Positions 28,830-38,917 of a stretch of DNA of 64,000 bases are shown piece by piece. The DNA comes from Candidatus Fermentibacteraceae bacterium (GTDB lineage: Bacteria > Fermentibacterota > Fermentibacteria > Fermentibacterales > JCC-6): contig JBGSZS010000017.1 in the NCBI GenBank assembly GCA_041750285.1, positions 1-64,000 on the forward strand. The letters are read 5' to 3'. The position numbers were made by a program, and so were the translations under genes. Every line of letters begins with the position of its first letter. Positions within the stretch are counted from its first letter, which is position 1. The notes beneath the pieces are model-generated. The model was not told the origin of the DNA, made no database searches, and saw nothing but the letters and a program-made list of their open reading frames with translations.

Positions 28830-30545
28830 TCAGGACTCCACGTGCTCGGCAAGGTCGACGGGATGGATCTCCTCGATGTTCTCTTCCATGGCGATCATTC
28901 CGAGAAGCCTGCCTGAAGAATCCCGCAGTGGCTGGGCGATGACTGTGCATGCGCCGGAAAGGATCCGCAGCAGAGCGGGTCTGGCCCCTCCCCTTTTCCA
29001 GTTCTCGACGGCTTCAGCGAGGGGGATCTGGTCTTCGGTGTGAAGGATGTTCGAAAGCTCCCGGCCCCTGACATGCTCGGGGGGGATCTCCATTTCACGC
29101 GAGAGCACGGGGTTGATGTAAACGACCATGCCGTCGGAATCGGTCACGATGATCCCGCGGTTCTCGGCCTCGAGGACCGCACGGAAGAGGGCTCCGTTCC
29201 TTCTGAGCTCCTGCTCGGCCCTGTGTCTGCTGATGGCAAGGGCAACGTGCTCGGAGACCCTGGCGAACAGAACGAGGTCTTCGGGGGAGTAGGCGTTCAC
29301 CATCTCGTAGCTCTGGGTTGCCAGCACACCCCAGACCCCAGAGGAATCACGGAGGGGAACGCCCATCCACTGCTCGGACGGCGAGCCGACTTCCCTGAGC
29401 CTGCCCTGCGCAAGAAGCTCGGAGTATGCTGCCCTGTCCACCAGACGGGGTTCACCGGTGGTGCGGACTAGGTCGGTCAGCGTTCCATCCATGTAGCCTG
29501 GTATCGTAAACCCCACTGCGCCGTCCTGCTGGTCGATGGCGTACGGGAAGGAGTAGGAGTTGTCAGTCGGGTCGTAGAACGCGAAGTAGAGGTTTGGGGT
29601 GTAGAAAAGCCTGGACATCTGGTAGTGTATCTCTTCAAGAAGCCCGAAGAGCGACTGCGCGGTAACCGCCGCGTCGGTTATCGCATAGAGGACGGACTGA
29701 ACGGTCTCGGCCTTCTGCCTCTCCGCGACTTCGAGGACCAGCATGTCGTTGGCCCTGGTGAGCTCCGCCGTCTTCTCGTCCACCATCTCCTGAAGACGGT
29801 TTCGGTACCTTCTCAGTTCCTCCTCGGCTTCCTTCCTCTTGGTTATGTCGAGGATCACGGCATCGAAGACGAGTGTTTCGCCGGACTCGCCTGAAACACC
29901 GTACGCGCTTATGGAAACCCACAGCCTGCCTTTGTCCCGGCGCATCCACTGGGCTTCCATCCCGGAGACCGTGTCGTTGTCCATCAGGTTCTGCAGCATC
30001 CGTTCCCTGTCCGAGGGATCGACCCACGTGTCGCCGATGCTGGCGTTGAAGAGCTCGTACTCGTTGTCGTAGCCAAGCATGTCCACCAGAGGCCTGTTAA
30101 CGGAGATGATGTTGCCGGACCTGGCCGCCCTGAAGAAGCCCACGGGAATGCCTGGTGAAATGGTCACGAGCGAGAGGTTGCGGTCGCGAAGGGTCTGCTC
30201 CATGAAGCCCTTCTCGGTTTCATCCCTGAAGCTGGCTAGAACCATGTCTCCGTCGGACTCCCCGAGCCGGAACAGGGAAACCCTGAAAATGAACCTGTAC
30301 TTGTCTGTGTTCAGGGCAAGGCTCACGGGGGAAGTCCGGCCCTGCAGCTCAAGCTCGTAGAGAAGCGAGGGAAGGACCCCCTCGGACTGCTCCATACCCG
30401 CCAGGACCTTGTCCAAAGAGAGCTCGCGGCTCTCTCCAAAGGCGCCGACAAAGGCCTGATTGGCATCCACGAGCTTCAGGCGGCTGTCGAAGACGGCCAG
30501 CGCAGTGTCGTCCATGAACCTGGCGTAGTATTCGAGAGGATTCAC
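28830..30545 (-). CDS. PAS/GAF sensory protein with no recognisable output domain
   Basis: PAS-PAC ending DITKRK, coiled coil, GAF (WMGVPL...GVLATQSY), terminal PAS. Confidence 0.82.
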   Translation of the reverse strand: MNPLEYYARFMDDTALAVFDSRLKLVDANQAFVGAFGESRELSLDKVLAGMEQSEGVLPSLLYELELQGRTSPVSLALNTDKYRFIFRVSLFRLGESDGDMVLASFRDETEKGFMEQTLRDRNLSLVTISPGIPVGFFRAARSGNIISVNRPLVDMLGYDNEYELFNASIGDTWVDPSDRERMLQNLMDNDTVSGMEAQWMRRDKGRLWVSISAYGVSGESGETLVFDAVILDITKRKEAEEELRRYRNRLQEMVDEKTAELTRANDMLVLEVAERQKAETVQSVLYAITDAAVTAQSLFGLLEEIHYQMSRLFYTPNLYFAFYDPTDNSYSFPYAIDQQDGAVGFTIPGYMDGTLTDLVRTTGEPRLVDRAAYSELLAQGRLREVGSPSEQWMGVPLRDSSGVWGVLATQSYEMVNAYSPEDLVLFARVSEHVALAISRHRAEQELRRNGALFRAVLEAENRGIIVTDSDGMVVYINPVLSREMEIPPEHVRGRELSNILHTEDQIPLAEAVENWKRGGARPALLRILSGACTVIAQPLRDSSGRLLGMIAMEENIEEIHPVDLAEHVES

Positions 30546-30579
30546 CCGCTGCCCCCCTTCCCCGTTGAATCTAAAGGAC

Positions 30580-30613
30580 GGCGGGCTGCGGCGTCATGCC
30601 CGCCGCAACCCGC
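30580..30613. terminator. GC-rich hairpin downstream of the RND operon
   Basis: GCGGGCTGCGGCG...CGCCGCAACCCGC imperfect inverted repeat. Confidence 0.45.
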
Positions 30614-30650
30614 ATTTCCGGGAGAGTGTCCGCTGCAGGGGACCGGGACC

Positions 30651-33600
30651 TTATGCCGTGACTTCACACTCCCTCTTCGCCTTCCTGGCCAGCTTCGTTC
30701 CGAACACCACGTAGATGCAGGGCTCGACGAGAAGTGTGAGTGCAGTGGCCGCCACCATGCCGAAGATCACTGTGACTGCCATGGGCGCCCATGATTCGGC
30801 GCCTTCGCCTATGCCCAGGGCGAGCGGAAGCATGGCCAGGATTGTGGTAAGGGCCGTCATGAGGATGGGTCTCATTCTCACCCGCGCAGCCTCGGTCACC
30901 GCTTCCTCGATGGAAGGGGCTCCCCTTCTTAGAAGCTGGTTCGAGTAGTCCACGAGAACGATACCATTGTTCACAACGATACCCGCAAGCATCAGCATTC
31001 CAATGAGGGACATCACGGAAAGAGGGATGCCCGTTATCAAAAGACCCAGAACGACACCGATGACCGCCATTGGCACGGTGAAGATGATGATGAACGGTTC
31101 CAGCAGTGACTCGAACTGGCTCGCCATGACCATGTACACGAGAAGGGCGGCGACGACAATGGCAATGCCGAGGTAGAGGAAGGTCTCCTGCTGGTCCTGC
31201 ATCTCTCCGCCGTACTCCACCCTGAGGTTGTTTATGTTGGCCTGCTCGACGACCCTGCGAACATCGGAGGCGACCTGGCCGAGGCTTCTGCCCGCAACAC
31301 TGCAGTTGATGGTTATCGACCTCTGCTGGTTGGTGCGCTGAATACTCGTGGAAACCATGCGTTCGGTGAAGGTTCCCAGCCCCGTTGCAGGCATTCCCGC
31401 TACAGGAAGGTAGTCGAGGTCTTCCCGCGAATCCTTCAGATAGTCGGGATACCTCACGATTATGTCGTATTCCTCCCCTTCCTCCCTGAGAACGCCGGCA
31501 TTGGTTCCCCTGAGGCCGGTGCTCATCTCCGAGGCGATGAAGGAGGGGCTCAGGCCATGAAGAACCATGGCGTTGTAGTCGGGGCGGAACGAAAGCTCGG
31601 GCATCAGGTCGTCCATGGAGGTGGTGACATCCCTTACCCCATCGACATTGCTGATCACATCGCGGATCCTCTCACCCTCGGCAACGAGCTGGTCGAGATC
31701 ATCGGAATAGACCTTCACCTCGATGGGGCTGCCACCCATGAAGTTCCCGCCTGAGATATCGTAGGTGAGCCCGGGAACCTCGTCGAGAACGGTCCTGACC
31801 CTTTCCTCGTACTCCTCCAGGGAGAGGCTCCTCTCGTTCACTGGAACCATCCTGAACATCATCTCAGCGGACCAGCTTCCCGATGACCCTCCAAAAACCG
31901 CTCCGATCCCCTCTTCCTGCCCAACCTGGGCGTACCAGGTTATGAGGTCGTCCTCTTCGAACAGTTTGGGAAGGGTGTCTTCAAGCGCCCTTATCATGGC
32001 GTCGGTCTCCTCGAGCCCGGTCCCTATCGCCGCGGTCATGTCAATGCTGATGAAACCGTTGTCGTTCTCGGGAATGAACTCGGTCTTTATCAGCTGGAAC
32101 ATCGCCAGGCACGCTACGAGAAGCCCCAGTGTGGAAAGTATCACGAGCTTCCGCTTCCTGACCATGCGGACCGCGAGTTTATGGTAACTCGTCTCCCACC
32201 CTTCAGTTATCTTCCTGACCCTCTCTGCGAGGCTTCCCGTTTTATGGGTCGGGATCAGGCGCTCGGCGAAGGAACTGAGCAGCGGTACGAGGCTCAGAGC
32301 CACGAAGAGCGACACGATAAGGCTGAAAACGATGGTTAGGACCATCTCCTTGAACATCTGGCCGGCGAGACCGGGGACGAAAAGTATCGGCACGAATACA
32401 GCCAGGGTTGTGAGTGTGGAGGCCGTTATCGCCATGCCAACCTCCTGCGAGCCTTCTACAGCTGCGGTGCAGGCGTTCTTTCCCATGGTCCTGTACCTGT
32501 AGATGCTCTCCAGGACGACGATGGAGTTGTCCACCAGCATCCCTACAGCGAGCGCAAGCCCGGCCAGCGAGATCATGTTCAGGTCAACATCGGAAAAGTG
32601 CATAACGGCAAATGTTGTGATTATCGAAACGGGAATTGCGGCTCCTGCGATGAACGATCCCTTCGGTGACCTGAGAAAGAAAAGAAGGACAAGAAAGGCT
32701 AGTATGGAAGCCTGGACGGCGGTGTTTGCAAGGTTCGAGATGGACTGCTGGATGAAGTCGGACTGGTCCCACATGATGTACGGGACGACCTGTCCGGCGT
32801 ACTCCCTCTCCACGGCATCGAGCTCGGCGCGTATTCCATTGCACACGTTCACCGTGTTGGCGTCGCTTCTTCTCTGTACGATGCCGAACAGCGAGGGCTG
32901 GCCGTCCATCCTTATGTACTGGGTGACCTCCTGCTCGCCGTCTATCACATCGGCCACATCGCGAAGCAGCACGGGACCGTGCATCCCGGCGCCCACGACC
33001 ATCTGGGAAAGCTCGGACAGACCGGCGATGCTGGATTCGACCCTGACGCTGATGTTCAAACCGCCGCTCTCAAGGTCTCCCGCCGGCATGTCGTTCCTGG
33101 CCTGGGCAATGGCTCCCGTGACCTGACCAAGGGTAATCCCGGCGGACTGAAGCCTCGCTGGATCGACCTCGATGTGGATCTCCCTGACCTGGCCGCCGAG
33201 CGTACTCACCGAGCCGACGCCGGGCTGCCTGGCGAGCCTTGGTTCGATCTCGCTCTCCAGAAGGCTTCTCAGGGCGAAATCGTCGAGCAGGGGGCTTGAG
33301 AAGCCTATGAACATGATGGGCTGAAGGCTGGGATCGAGCGCGAGGACCAGTGGGTCGGAGGCGTCTTCGGGAAGAAGGTCCTCGTAAAGGTCGAGCTGCC
33401 TTCTGATATCGGTTTCGGCCTGGCTCAGGTCGTGACCCCACTCGAACTCGGCCATGATCACGCTGATGCCGTTCGAGGAGGTCGAGGTGATCTTCTTGAC
33501 ACTGGAAACACGGGAAGCGGCCTCTTCCAGCGTACGGGTGACCAGGTTCTCCATCTCCTCGGGGCCTGCCCCTGTCATGGAACTCATCACAACGATCATG

Positions 33601-33728
33601 GGGAACTGGACCTTTGGGTAGAGGTCGATACCCAGCTGGGTCAGGCCGAAAAACCCAACTCCAAGCATGAAGATGAACAGCATCAGGAAGGTTATCCGCC
33701 TTCGTACCGATACACTGGAGAGGCTCAT
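30651..33728 (-). CDS. RND efflux permease (AcrB/AcrD/AcrF family)
   Basis: GMLVDNSIVVLE, SQFES, GIVVNNGIVLVD, RMRPILMT. Confidence 0.95.
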   Translation of the reverse strand: MSLSSVSVRRRITFLMLFIFMLGVGFFGLTQLGIDLYPKVQFPMIVVMSSMTGAGPEEMENLVTRTLEEAASRVSSVKKITSTSSNGISVIMAEFEWGHDLSQAETDIRRQLDLYEDLLPEDASDPLVLALDPSLQPIMFIGFSSPLLDDFALRSLLESEIEPRLARQPGVGSVSTLGGQVREIHIEVDPARLQSAGITLGQVTGAIAQARNDMPAGDLESGGLNISVRVESSIAGLSELSQMVVGAGMHGPVLLRDVADVIDGEQEVTQYIRMDGQPSLFGIVQRRSDANTVNVCNGIRAELDAVEREYAGQVVPYIMWDQSDFIQQSISNLANTAVQASILAFLVLLFFLRSPKGSFIAGAAIPVSIITTFAVMHFSDVDLNMISLAGLALAVGMLVDNSIVVLESIYRYRTMGKNACTAAVEGSQEVGMAITASTLTTLAVFVPILFVPGLAGQMFKEMVLTIVFSLIVSLFVALSLVPLLSSFAERLIPTHKTGSLAERVRKITEGWETSYHKLAVRMVRKRKLVILSTLGLLVACLAMFQLIKTEFIPENDNGFISIDMTAAIGTGLEETDAMIRALEDTLPKLFEEDDLITWYAQVGQEEGIGAVFGGSSGSWSAEMMFRMVPVNERSLSLEEYEERVRTVLDEVPGLTYDISGGNFMGGSPIEVKVYSDDLDQLVAEGERIRDVISNVDGVRDVTTSMDDLMPELSFRPDYNAMVLHGLSPSFIASEMSTGLRGTNAGVLREEGEEYDIIVRYPDYLKDSREDLDYLPVAGMPATGLGTFTERMVSTSIQRTNQQRSITINCSVAGRSLGQVASDVRRVVEQANINNLRVEYGGEMQDQQETFLYLGIAIVVAALLVYMVMASQFESLLEPFIIIFTVPMAVIGVVLGLLITGIPLSVMSLIGMLMLAGIVVNNGIVLVDYSNQLLRRGAPSIEEAVTEAARVRMRPILMTALTTILAMLPLALGIGEGAESWAPMAVTVIFGMVAATALTLLVEPCIYVVFGTKLARKAKRECEVTA

Positions 33729-34810
33729 TGCTCCACCACTTCCACGGGGCTGCCGTCGATGACGCTGTTCTGACCCACGATGATCACGGAGTCGCCGGGA
33801 ACGATACCCGAAACTATCTCGACCATACCGTGGCTTCGAATGCCAGTCGTGACCTCCCTCAGTTCGGCTCTGCCGTCCTGGACCACGGCGATCTGGAACC
33901 CCGACCTTGTGCGTCTGAGAACCCTTTCGGGGTAAACGACTGCATCATCTGACGTGCGGGTGATGACGGCAACCCTTCCGCTGAGCCCGGGGCGGAGCAC
34001 GCCCTCGGTGTCGTCGAACCGAACCTCGACGGATACGAGGCCGCTTATGGGGTCGACCGAAGGAGAAACGGCGGTGACAACCCCAGGGATCGACATGTTG
34101 TCGAGCGCACCAACGGTCACGTACGCGGCCTGTCCCACTTCGAGGCTGTAGATGTCGCGTTCGGGGAGAAGGATACGCGCCAGGACACCTCCGTTGCCGC
34201 TGATGGAGATCAGCGGGGAAGCGCCTGAGGAGGAGTTACCGGCCCTTGCCCAGATCCTTCCTATCCTTCCGGAGAAGGGAGCCGCTATCCAGGCGTTGTC
34301 ACGTGCGGTGCGGGCCTGCGTGTAACCGGCCTGGGCCTGCGAGAGCTGGGCGGTTGCGGCTTCGAGCCCCGTCCGCACCGCATCAAGGTCCTGTGCGCTT
34401 ACCGCGCCTGCTTCGTAAAGGGCTTCAAGCCTCTCGAAGTTCGCCCGGGCGTTCTCCTGGTTCGCCCTGGCGGCACTGAGCCCCGCCAGCGCCGCTGACG
34501 AACCGGCACCGGCCTGCTGGTCGGTATCCATTTTAATGAGACGCTGACCCGCCTCGACAAAGTCTCCCTCGGAGACCAGCACTTCCTCGACCCTGCCCGG
34601 CATGGAGGGGTAGATAAGCGCTTCTTCGGCGCCTTCCAGCCGGGCGCTGGCGTAGGATTCGGTGGAGATTGTTCCCGATGCCGCAGGTTGAACGACCACC
34701 CGGATCGTCCTCTCCTCTTCTTCGCCGGCCGGTCCGCAGGCCGTGAAGGCTGAAACGAGGGCAAGAATGAGGATCGGTATCGAGGGGCTGAACGCAAACT
34801 TGTTTTTCAT
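33725..34810 (-). CDS. RND periplasmic adaptor (membrane fusion lipoprotein)
   Basis: Lipobox FTAC, GRVEEVLVSEGD, IAAPFSG, LRPG. Confidence 0.92.
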   Translation of the reverse strand: MKNKFAFSPSIPILILALVSAFTACGPAGEEEERTIRVVVQPAASGTISTESYASARLEGAEEALIYPSMPGRVEEVLVSEGDFVEAGQRLIKMDTDQQAGAGSSAALAGLSAARANQENARANFERLEALYEAGAVSAQDLDAVRTGLEAATAQLSQAQAGYTQARTARDNAWIAAPFSGRIGRIWARAGNSSSGASPLISISGNGGVLARILLPERDIYSLEVGQAAYVTVGALDNMSIPGVVTAVSPSVDPISGLVSVEVRFDDTEGVLRPGLSGRVAVITRTSDDAVVYPERVLRRTRSGFQIAVVQDGRAELREVTTGIRSHGMVEIVSGIVPGDSVIIVGQNSVIDGSPVEVVEQ

Positions 34811-36117
34811 TCCAGATCTTCTCCGTCCAGGGTCAGAATGCCCATGGCCGCCGCAAGTCCGGCCTCAGCGGTCTTCATGCCGTAAAGGGCCGAAGCGTAG
34901 TTTGTTCTTGCCTGTGTGTGGGCCAGGAACGCCTGGTCCATCTCCAAACGGGTGATCAGACCGGCTTCGTACGAGACAACCGCAATACTCAGCGCTTCCG
35001 CCGCCAGTTCCACTGTTGCTGATGCAGCGTGCACGGTCTGCCTTGCTTCGGCCAGCCTGTTCCAGGCCTGGACAAGGGCCAGTTCGGAATACCTTGCGAG
35101 ATCGGCTGCCCTGGCGTTGGCGGCCATGCGGTCAGCTCTTGCTCCGCGATAGGCAGCGTAGTCGGAGATCCCCCTAACGACCGGGATCGAGACCGAGATT
35201 GAATGGGTGAGGTTCCTGCTGTAGATGGTGCCGTCGATGTCTTCGATCTCATCAGCGCCTCCCTGGTACATCAGTGATGTCTGGAAGGCAACGGTCGGCC
35301 CGAAGGCAGCGGCTGCGTGCCTGACCCCTGCGTCACCCATTTCGCGAAGGACCTCCGCCGTGAAAAGCCCGGGGCTGTTGGCGAGCATCACGCTCCTGGC
35401 CTCTTCGAGTGAGGACGGCAGAGTGATGGGAAAGGGATCGGTCAGGTCGCCCTCGACCACGGCCGGAACGTCACAGCCGGTTCCGATGGCCACGGCGAGC
35501 GCGGCACAGGCGTTTTCGAGCCCCGCCGCCGCAGAGATGGAATCGGGTTTGCGGTTTTCGTAGGCCACCTGGTTCTGAAGCAGCTCGAACCGGCTGATGG
35601 TTCCGGCCCCGTACCTGGCCTCAGCCAGCCGGTACCCTTCCCGCGCAACGTCGAGCGCCTCGGTGGAGACATCCAGCAGCATTTCGGAGAGAAGAACGCC
35701 GTAGAACGACGCAATGACCTGCTGAACAGCCCCAATCTCGATGGATGCGAGGTCGTGTTCGGCAAGCTCGCGTGATATGCCGGCCATGGACGAGCCGGTT
35801 ACCGCCTGGGGCACCAGGATCGGGACCGAGGCCGTCAGGCCGTACTGGCTCTGGTAGGTGGTTCCGGTCTGGATCTCCCCGAACCCGGGGATTTCGAAGC
35901 CCGAGATGTCCTCGTTCTTCTGGTAAGCCAGCACTGCGTTCACCTGGGGCAGGAACCATGTCGATGCAGCCCTTGCGCCCCAACGGGCGCTTTCAAGGGA
36001 TTCTCTTGCAGCCAGGACATCACCCCTGCTCGATAGTGCTATTTCCACCGCCTCGGAAAGGGAGAGCGACAGTGCCGGCAATGAGAGCACTGTCAGTATC
36101 ATTAATGCTTTGATCAT
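34807..36117 (-). CDS. TolC-family outer membrane factor
   Basis: LSLSEAVEIAL, RYGAGTIS, YEAGLIT; position in operon. Confidence 0.9.
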   Translation of the reverse strand: MIKALMILTVLSLPALSLSLSEAVEIALSSRGDVLAARESLESARWGARAASTWFLPQVNAVLAYQKNEDISGFEIPGFGEIQTGTTYQSQYGLTASVPILVPQAVTGSSMAGISRELAEHDLASIEIGAVQQVIASFYGVLLSEMLLDVSTEALDVAREGYRLAEARYGAGTISRFELLQNQVAYENRKPDSISAAAGLENACAALAVAIGTGCDVPAVVEGDLTDPFPITLPSSLEEARSVMLANSPGLFTAEVLREMGDAGVRHAAAAFGPTVAFQTSLMYQGGADEIEDIDGTIYSRNLTHSISVSIPVVRGISDYAAYRGARADRMAANARAADLARYSELALVQAWNRLAEARQTVHAASATVELAAEALSIAVVSYEAGLITRLEMDQAFLAHTQARTNYASALYGMKTAEAGLAAAMGILTLDGEDLE

Positions 36118-36713
36118 TCTGTTCTCACCTTTTCGCATTTTATGCCATTGATGACGATGTCGGTAACATCTTCCACAAGCTGCTCCATGAGTTTTGCGTT
36201 GGCGGTGTCGACGTGCTTCTTCTCAAGGGCGCCCTCTATGACCGAAGCCAGCACTGCGAGCACGAGACCCGGTTTGATGTCGGGTCTCAGCTCTCCATCC
36301 CTGACCGCCCTGTCGAACACGGGCTGGAAAACCTCCTGGAAGAACCGTCTGCCGGAGACCTGCATGTCGCAAAGCCTCCAGCTCTCCTGCAGAAGGTTGT
36401 CCCATGCTTCGGCGTAGGTGGCGTTCTCGCGCTGAATGCGAAGACGGGTCAGCATGAACCTTTTCAGGGCCTCGCGCACCGAGATGTTCTCGGGGAACGA
36501 ACCGCTGAAGGCCTCGCGCGCCTTCTCGAACATGTGGTCGACAAGGGCGTTGTAAAAACCGCCCTTGCTTCCGAAATAGTAGTAGACCATGGGTTTGGTG
36601 ACCCCTCCCAGGGCTGCCACCTCCTCCATCTTTATGTCGGTGAACCGCTTTTTCGAAAGCAGCTCGACACCTGAATCGAGCAGTTTCTCCCGGTTCCCCC
36701 TGGGATCTGTCAT
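36114..36713 (-). CDS. TetR/AcrR-family regulator
   Basis: HTH MEEVAALGGVTKPMVYYYFGSK. Confidence 0.92.
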   Translation of the reverse strand: MTDPRGNREKLLDSGVELLSKKRFTDIKMEEVAALGGVTKPMVYYYFGSKGGFYNALVDHMFEKAREAFSGSFPENISVREALKRFMLTRLRIQRENATYAEAWDNLLQESWRLCDMQVSGRRFFQEVFQPVFDRAVRDGELRPDIKPGLVLAVLASVIEGALEKKHVDTANAKLMEQLVEDVTDIVINGIKCEKVRTE

Positions 36714-36731
36714 CAAACCCTCCAGACATCC

Positions 36732-36749
36732 TTACTTACCCGTAAGTAA
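36732..36749. promoter_or_regulatory. Putative TetR operator palindrome
   Basis: TTACTTAC-CC-GTAAGTAA perfect inverted repeat abutting a minus-strand TTGACG/TATGTT promoter. Confidence 0.7.
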
Positions 36750-36892
36750 CATACGGTGGGTTCCCGTTCCGTCAAGACGGTGAGATCAGGGGGGAACACT
36801 TTCAAAAAAAACTAGCTATATTAAGCGTTATGCCTTGAACCGTTTCACGAAAAAGCCCTCTACCGGGCATCACCTGATTGGGGATCCATCCG

Positions 36893-38911
36893 ATGAAGTT
36901 CTTCCTCCTGGCCCTGGCGGCATCCACGGCACTGGCCGCTTCCTACGATTTCCAGTTCTCCCTCGACCCCGCCGTGGTGCAGACCATGGACTTCAGGGGG
37001 GAGACGATAGTCTTCATTCCCGAAGGCGCCGTCGCATTCGATGCAGGCTTTCCAGCTCTTCCAGCCCTCTCCCGCAGCTTCGTGATACCCCAGGGGGAAA
37101 CCCTTCAGAGCGTCGACATCGAGGTTCTCTCATCCGTGAACCTCGGCACGTTCCAAATCGCTCCGGCATACGTCGGAATACTCGGAGCACCCATTCCCGC
37201 CATCATCCCGCGCTCCCCGGTGTATGGAGGTTTTGAGCCGTTCCCCTCGAACCCCGTGCTGGGCTTCAACACAGGGAACAAATCGGGATTCCGGATCGCT
37301 TCGTTCGAAATGTCGCCCTTCTCCTGGAACCCTTCCGACGGCACTCTCACGCTTGTCACCAGCGCCGTGGTAACCGCTTCCACTTCGTCTGACCCTTCCG
37401 TCGAACGCCTTGCCCTTTCTCCCCGCCAGATCGACATGGCCGTTCAGGGGCTTCATTCAATCGTGGACAACCCCGAAATGCTCGAGATCTGCGCTCCGGC
37501 ATCCCGTGACACCGACGGCCCTGTCTGGGTGGTCATTGCCGACGAAAGCCACGAGAGCATTCTCGCCCCCCTCGTGAACCACAGGCTTTCCACCCACGGC
37601 TCTGCTGCACTCAGAACCCTTCAGTGGGTTTACGCCACCTACGAGGGTGACGACACACAAGAGCAGATCAGGAACTACCTCATCGACGCCTACGAGAACC
37701 AGGGCCTCGTTTACGCCCTTGTAGTCGGCGACTTCGGCGAGACCAACAGGGTGAGCAGCCTTACCGTCAGCGGCAACACCCTCAACTCCACCTCAGACCT
37801 TTACTACAGCGACCTCGACGGCACATGGGACGCCAACGGCAACGGGCTCTACGGCGAGCTCAACGACGGCGTGGACTACTACTCCGACATCTACGTGGGT
37901 CGCTTCAGCGCCAACAACCCGACCTGGATCACCACCATGGTGAACAAGACCATTGCCTACGAAACCACCGCCCCGCAGGGCGATTGGCGCACCACTGCGC
38001 TTCTTGCCGGAGCGGGTCTGTGGCCCGATGTGGGCTACTGGGGCAGCTTCGTCTGCGACTCGATATCGAACAGGATCCCCTCGAACTGGACGATCCACAA
38101 GCTCTACGAGACCTGGGCAGGCCACCCCAACAACCAGATCGAGCTTGTGAACCAGGGCGTATCCTTCGTTGGTCCGCAGGGACACGGCTTCAACAACGGC
38201 GTGTACTGGTACGACCACGCTCCCACAGACATCTTCAGCTCCGCGAACTACACTGAAATGAGCAACATTGAGATGCTGCCCGTGTTCCACAGCATCGCCT
38301 GCCTGGCGGGCAAACTCTCCTCCCCTGCCTGCCTCGCCGAACGGCTCATGCTCTGGGCAACCGGTGGCGCTGTGGCCGTCATGTTCAACAGCGACAACGG
38401 GTGGGGCTCCCCGCCCAGCATGGGCGCCAGCGAATGGCTCGAGCTCTACTTCGCCGACCAGCTCTGGGTGAACGGCCAGAATGAGATAGGCGTTGCCCAG
38501 GCGCTTGCAAAGGATGCATTCAAGTCCGGCGTCAGCGTTGGCATGAAGCTCTGGGTGATACAGGAGAACAACCTCCTGGGTGACCCCGCCCTGCTCTTCG
38601 CTCCGGCCCAGCTCGGTATGGAAGAGGGCGAAGGCTACGGTGAGGGTTCAAGCCCGATCCTTGGGAACCCCAGCCCCAACCCCGCGCGGAACGGCGCTTC
38701 GGTCGCACTTACCATGCCGGCCCAGGGCATGGTCGAATTGACCATGTACGACCTTTCCGGCCGCGCGGTAAGAAGCATCGGCCAGGAAGCCCTTTCAGCC
38801 GGGCTTCACACGTTCGCCATCAACACCGCCGGGCTTCCGGCGGGATTCTACCAGGTGGTTGCCCGGACCGGGTCCGGAATGGACGCCGCTTCCCTCGTGA
38901 TCCTTCCCTGA
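36893..38911 (+). CDS. Gingipain-like peptidase C25 with propeptide and T9SS-type CTD
   Basis: IRNYL, LVVGD, SDLYYSDLDG, VGRF, GHG (His), SIAC (Cys), NLLGDP; tail PNP...YDLSGR...PAGFY. Confidence 0.9.
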   Translation: MKFFLLALAASTALAASYDFQFSLDPAVVQTMDFRGETIVFIPEGAVAFDAGFPALPALSRSFVIPQGETLQSVDIEVLSSVNLGTFQIAPAYVGILGAPIPAIIPRSPVYGGFEPFPSNPVLGFNTGNKSGFRIASFEMSPFSWNPSDGTLTLVTSAVVTASTSSDPSVERLALSPRQIDMAVQGLHSIVDNPEMLEICAPASRDTDGPVWVVIADESHESILAPLVNHRLSTHGSAALRTLQWVYATYEGDDTQEQIRNYLIDAYENQGLVYALVVGDFGETNRVSSLTVSGNTLNSTSDLYYSDLDGTWDANGNGLYGELNDGVDYYSDIYVGRFSANNPTWITTMVNKTIAYETTAPQGDWRTTALLAGAGLWPDVGYWGSFVCDSISNRIPSNWTIHKLYETWAGHPNNQIELVNQGVSFVGPQGHGFNNGVYWYDHAPTDIFSSANYTEMSNIEMLPVFHSIACLAGKLSSPACLAERLMLWATGGAVAVMFNSDNGWGSPPSMGASEWLELYFADQLWVNGQNEIGVAQALAKDAFKSGVSVGMKLWVIQENNLLGDPALLFAPAQLGMEEGEGYGEGSSPILGNPSPNPARNGASVALTMPAQGMVELTMYDLSGRAVRSIGQEALSAGLHTFAINTAGLPAGFYQVVARTGSGMDAASLVILP

Positions 38912-38917
38912 CAAAGG

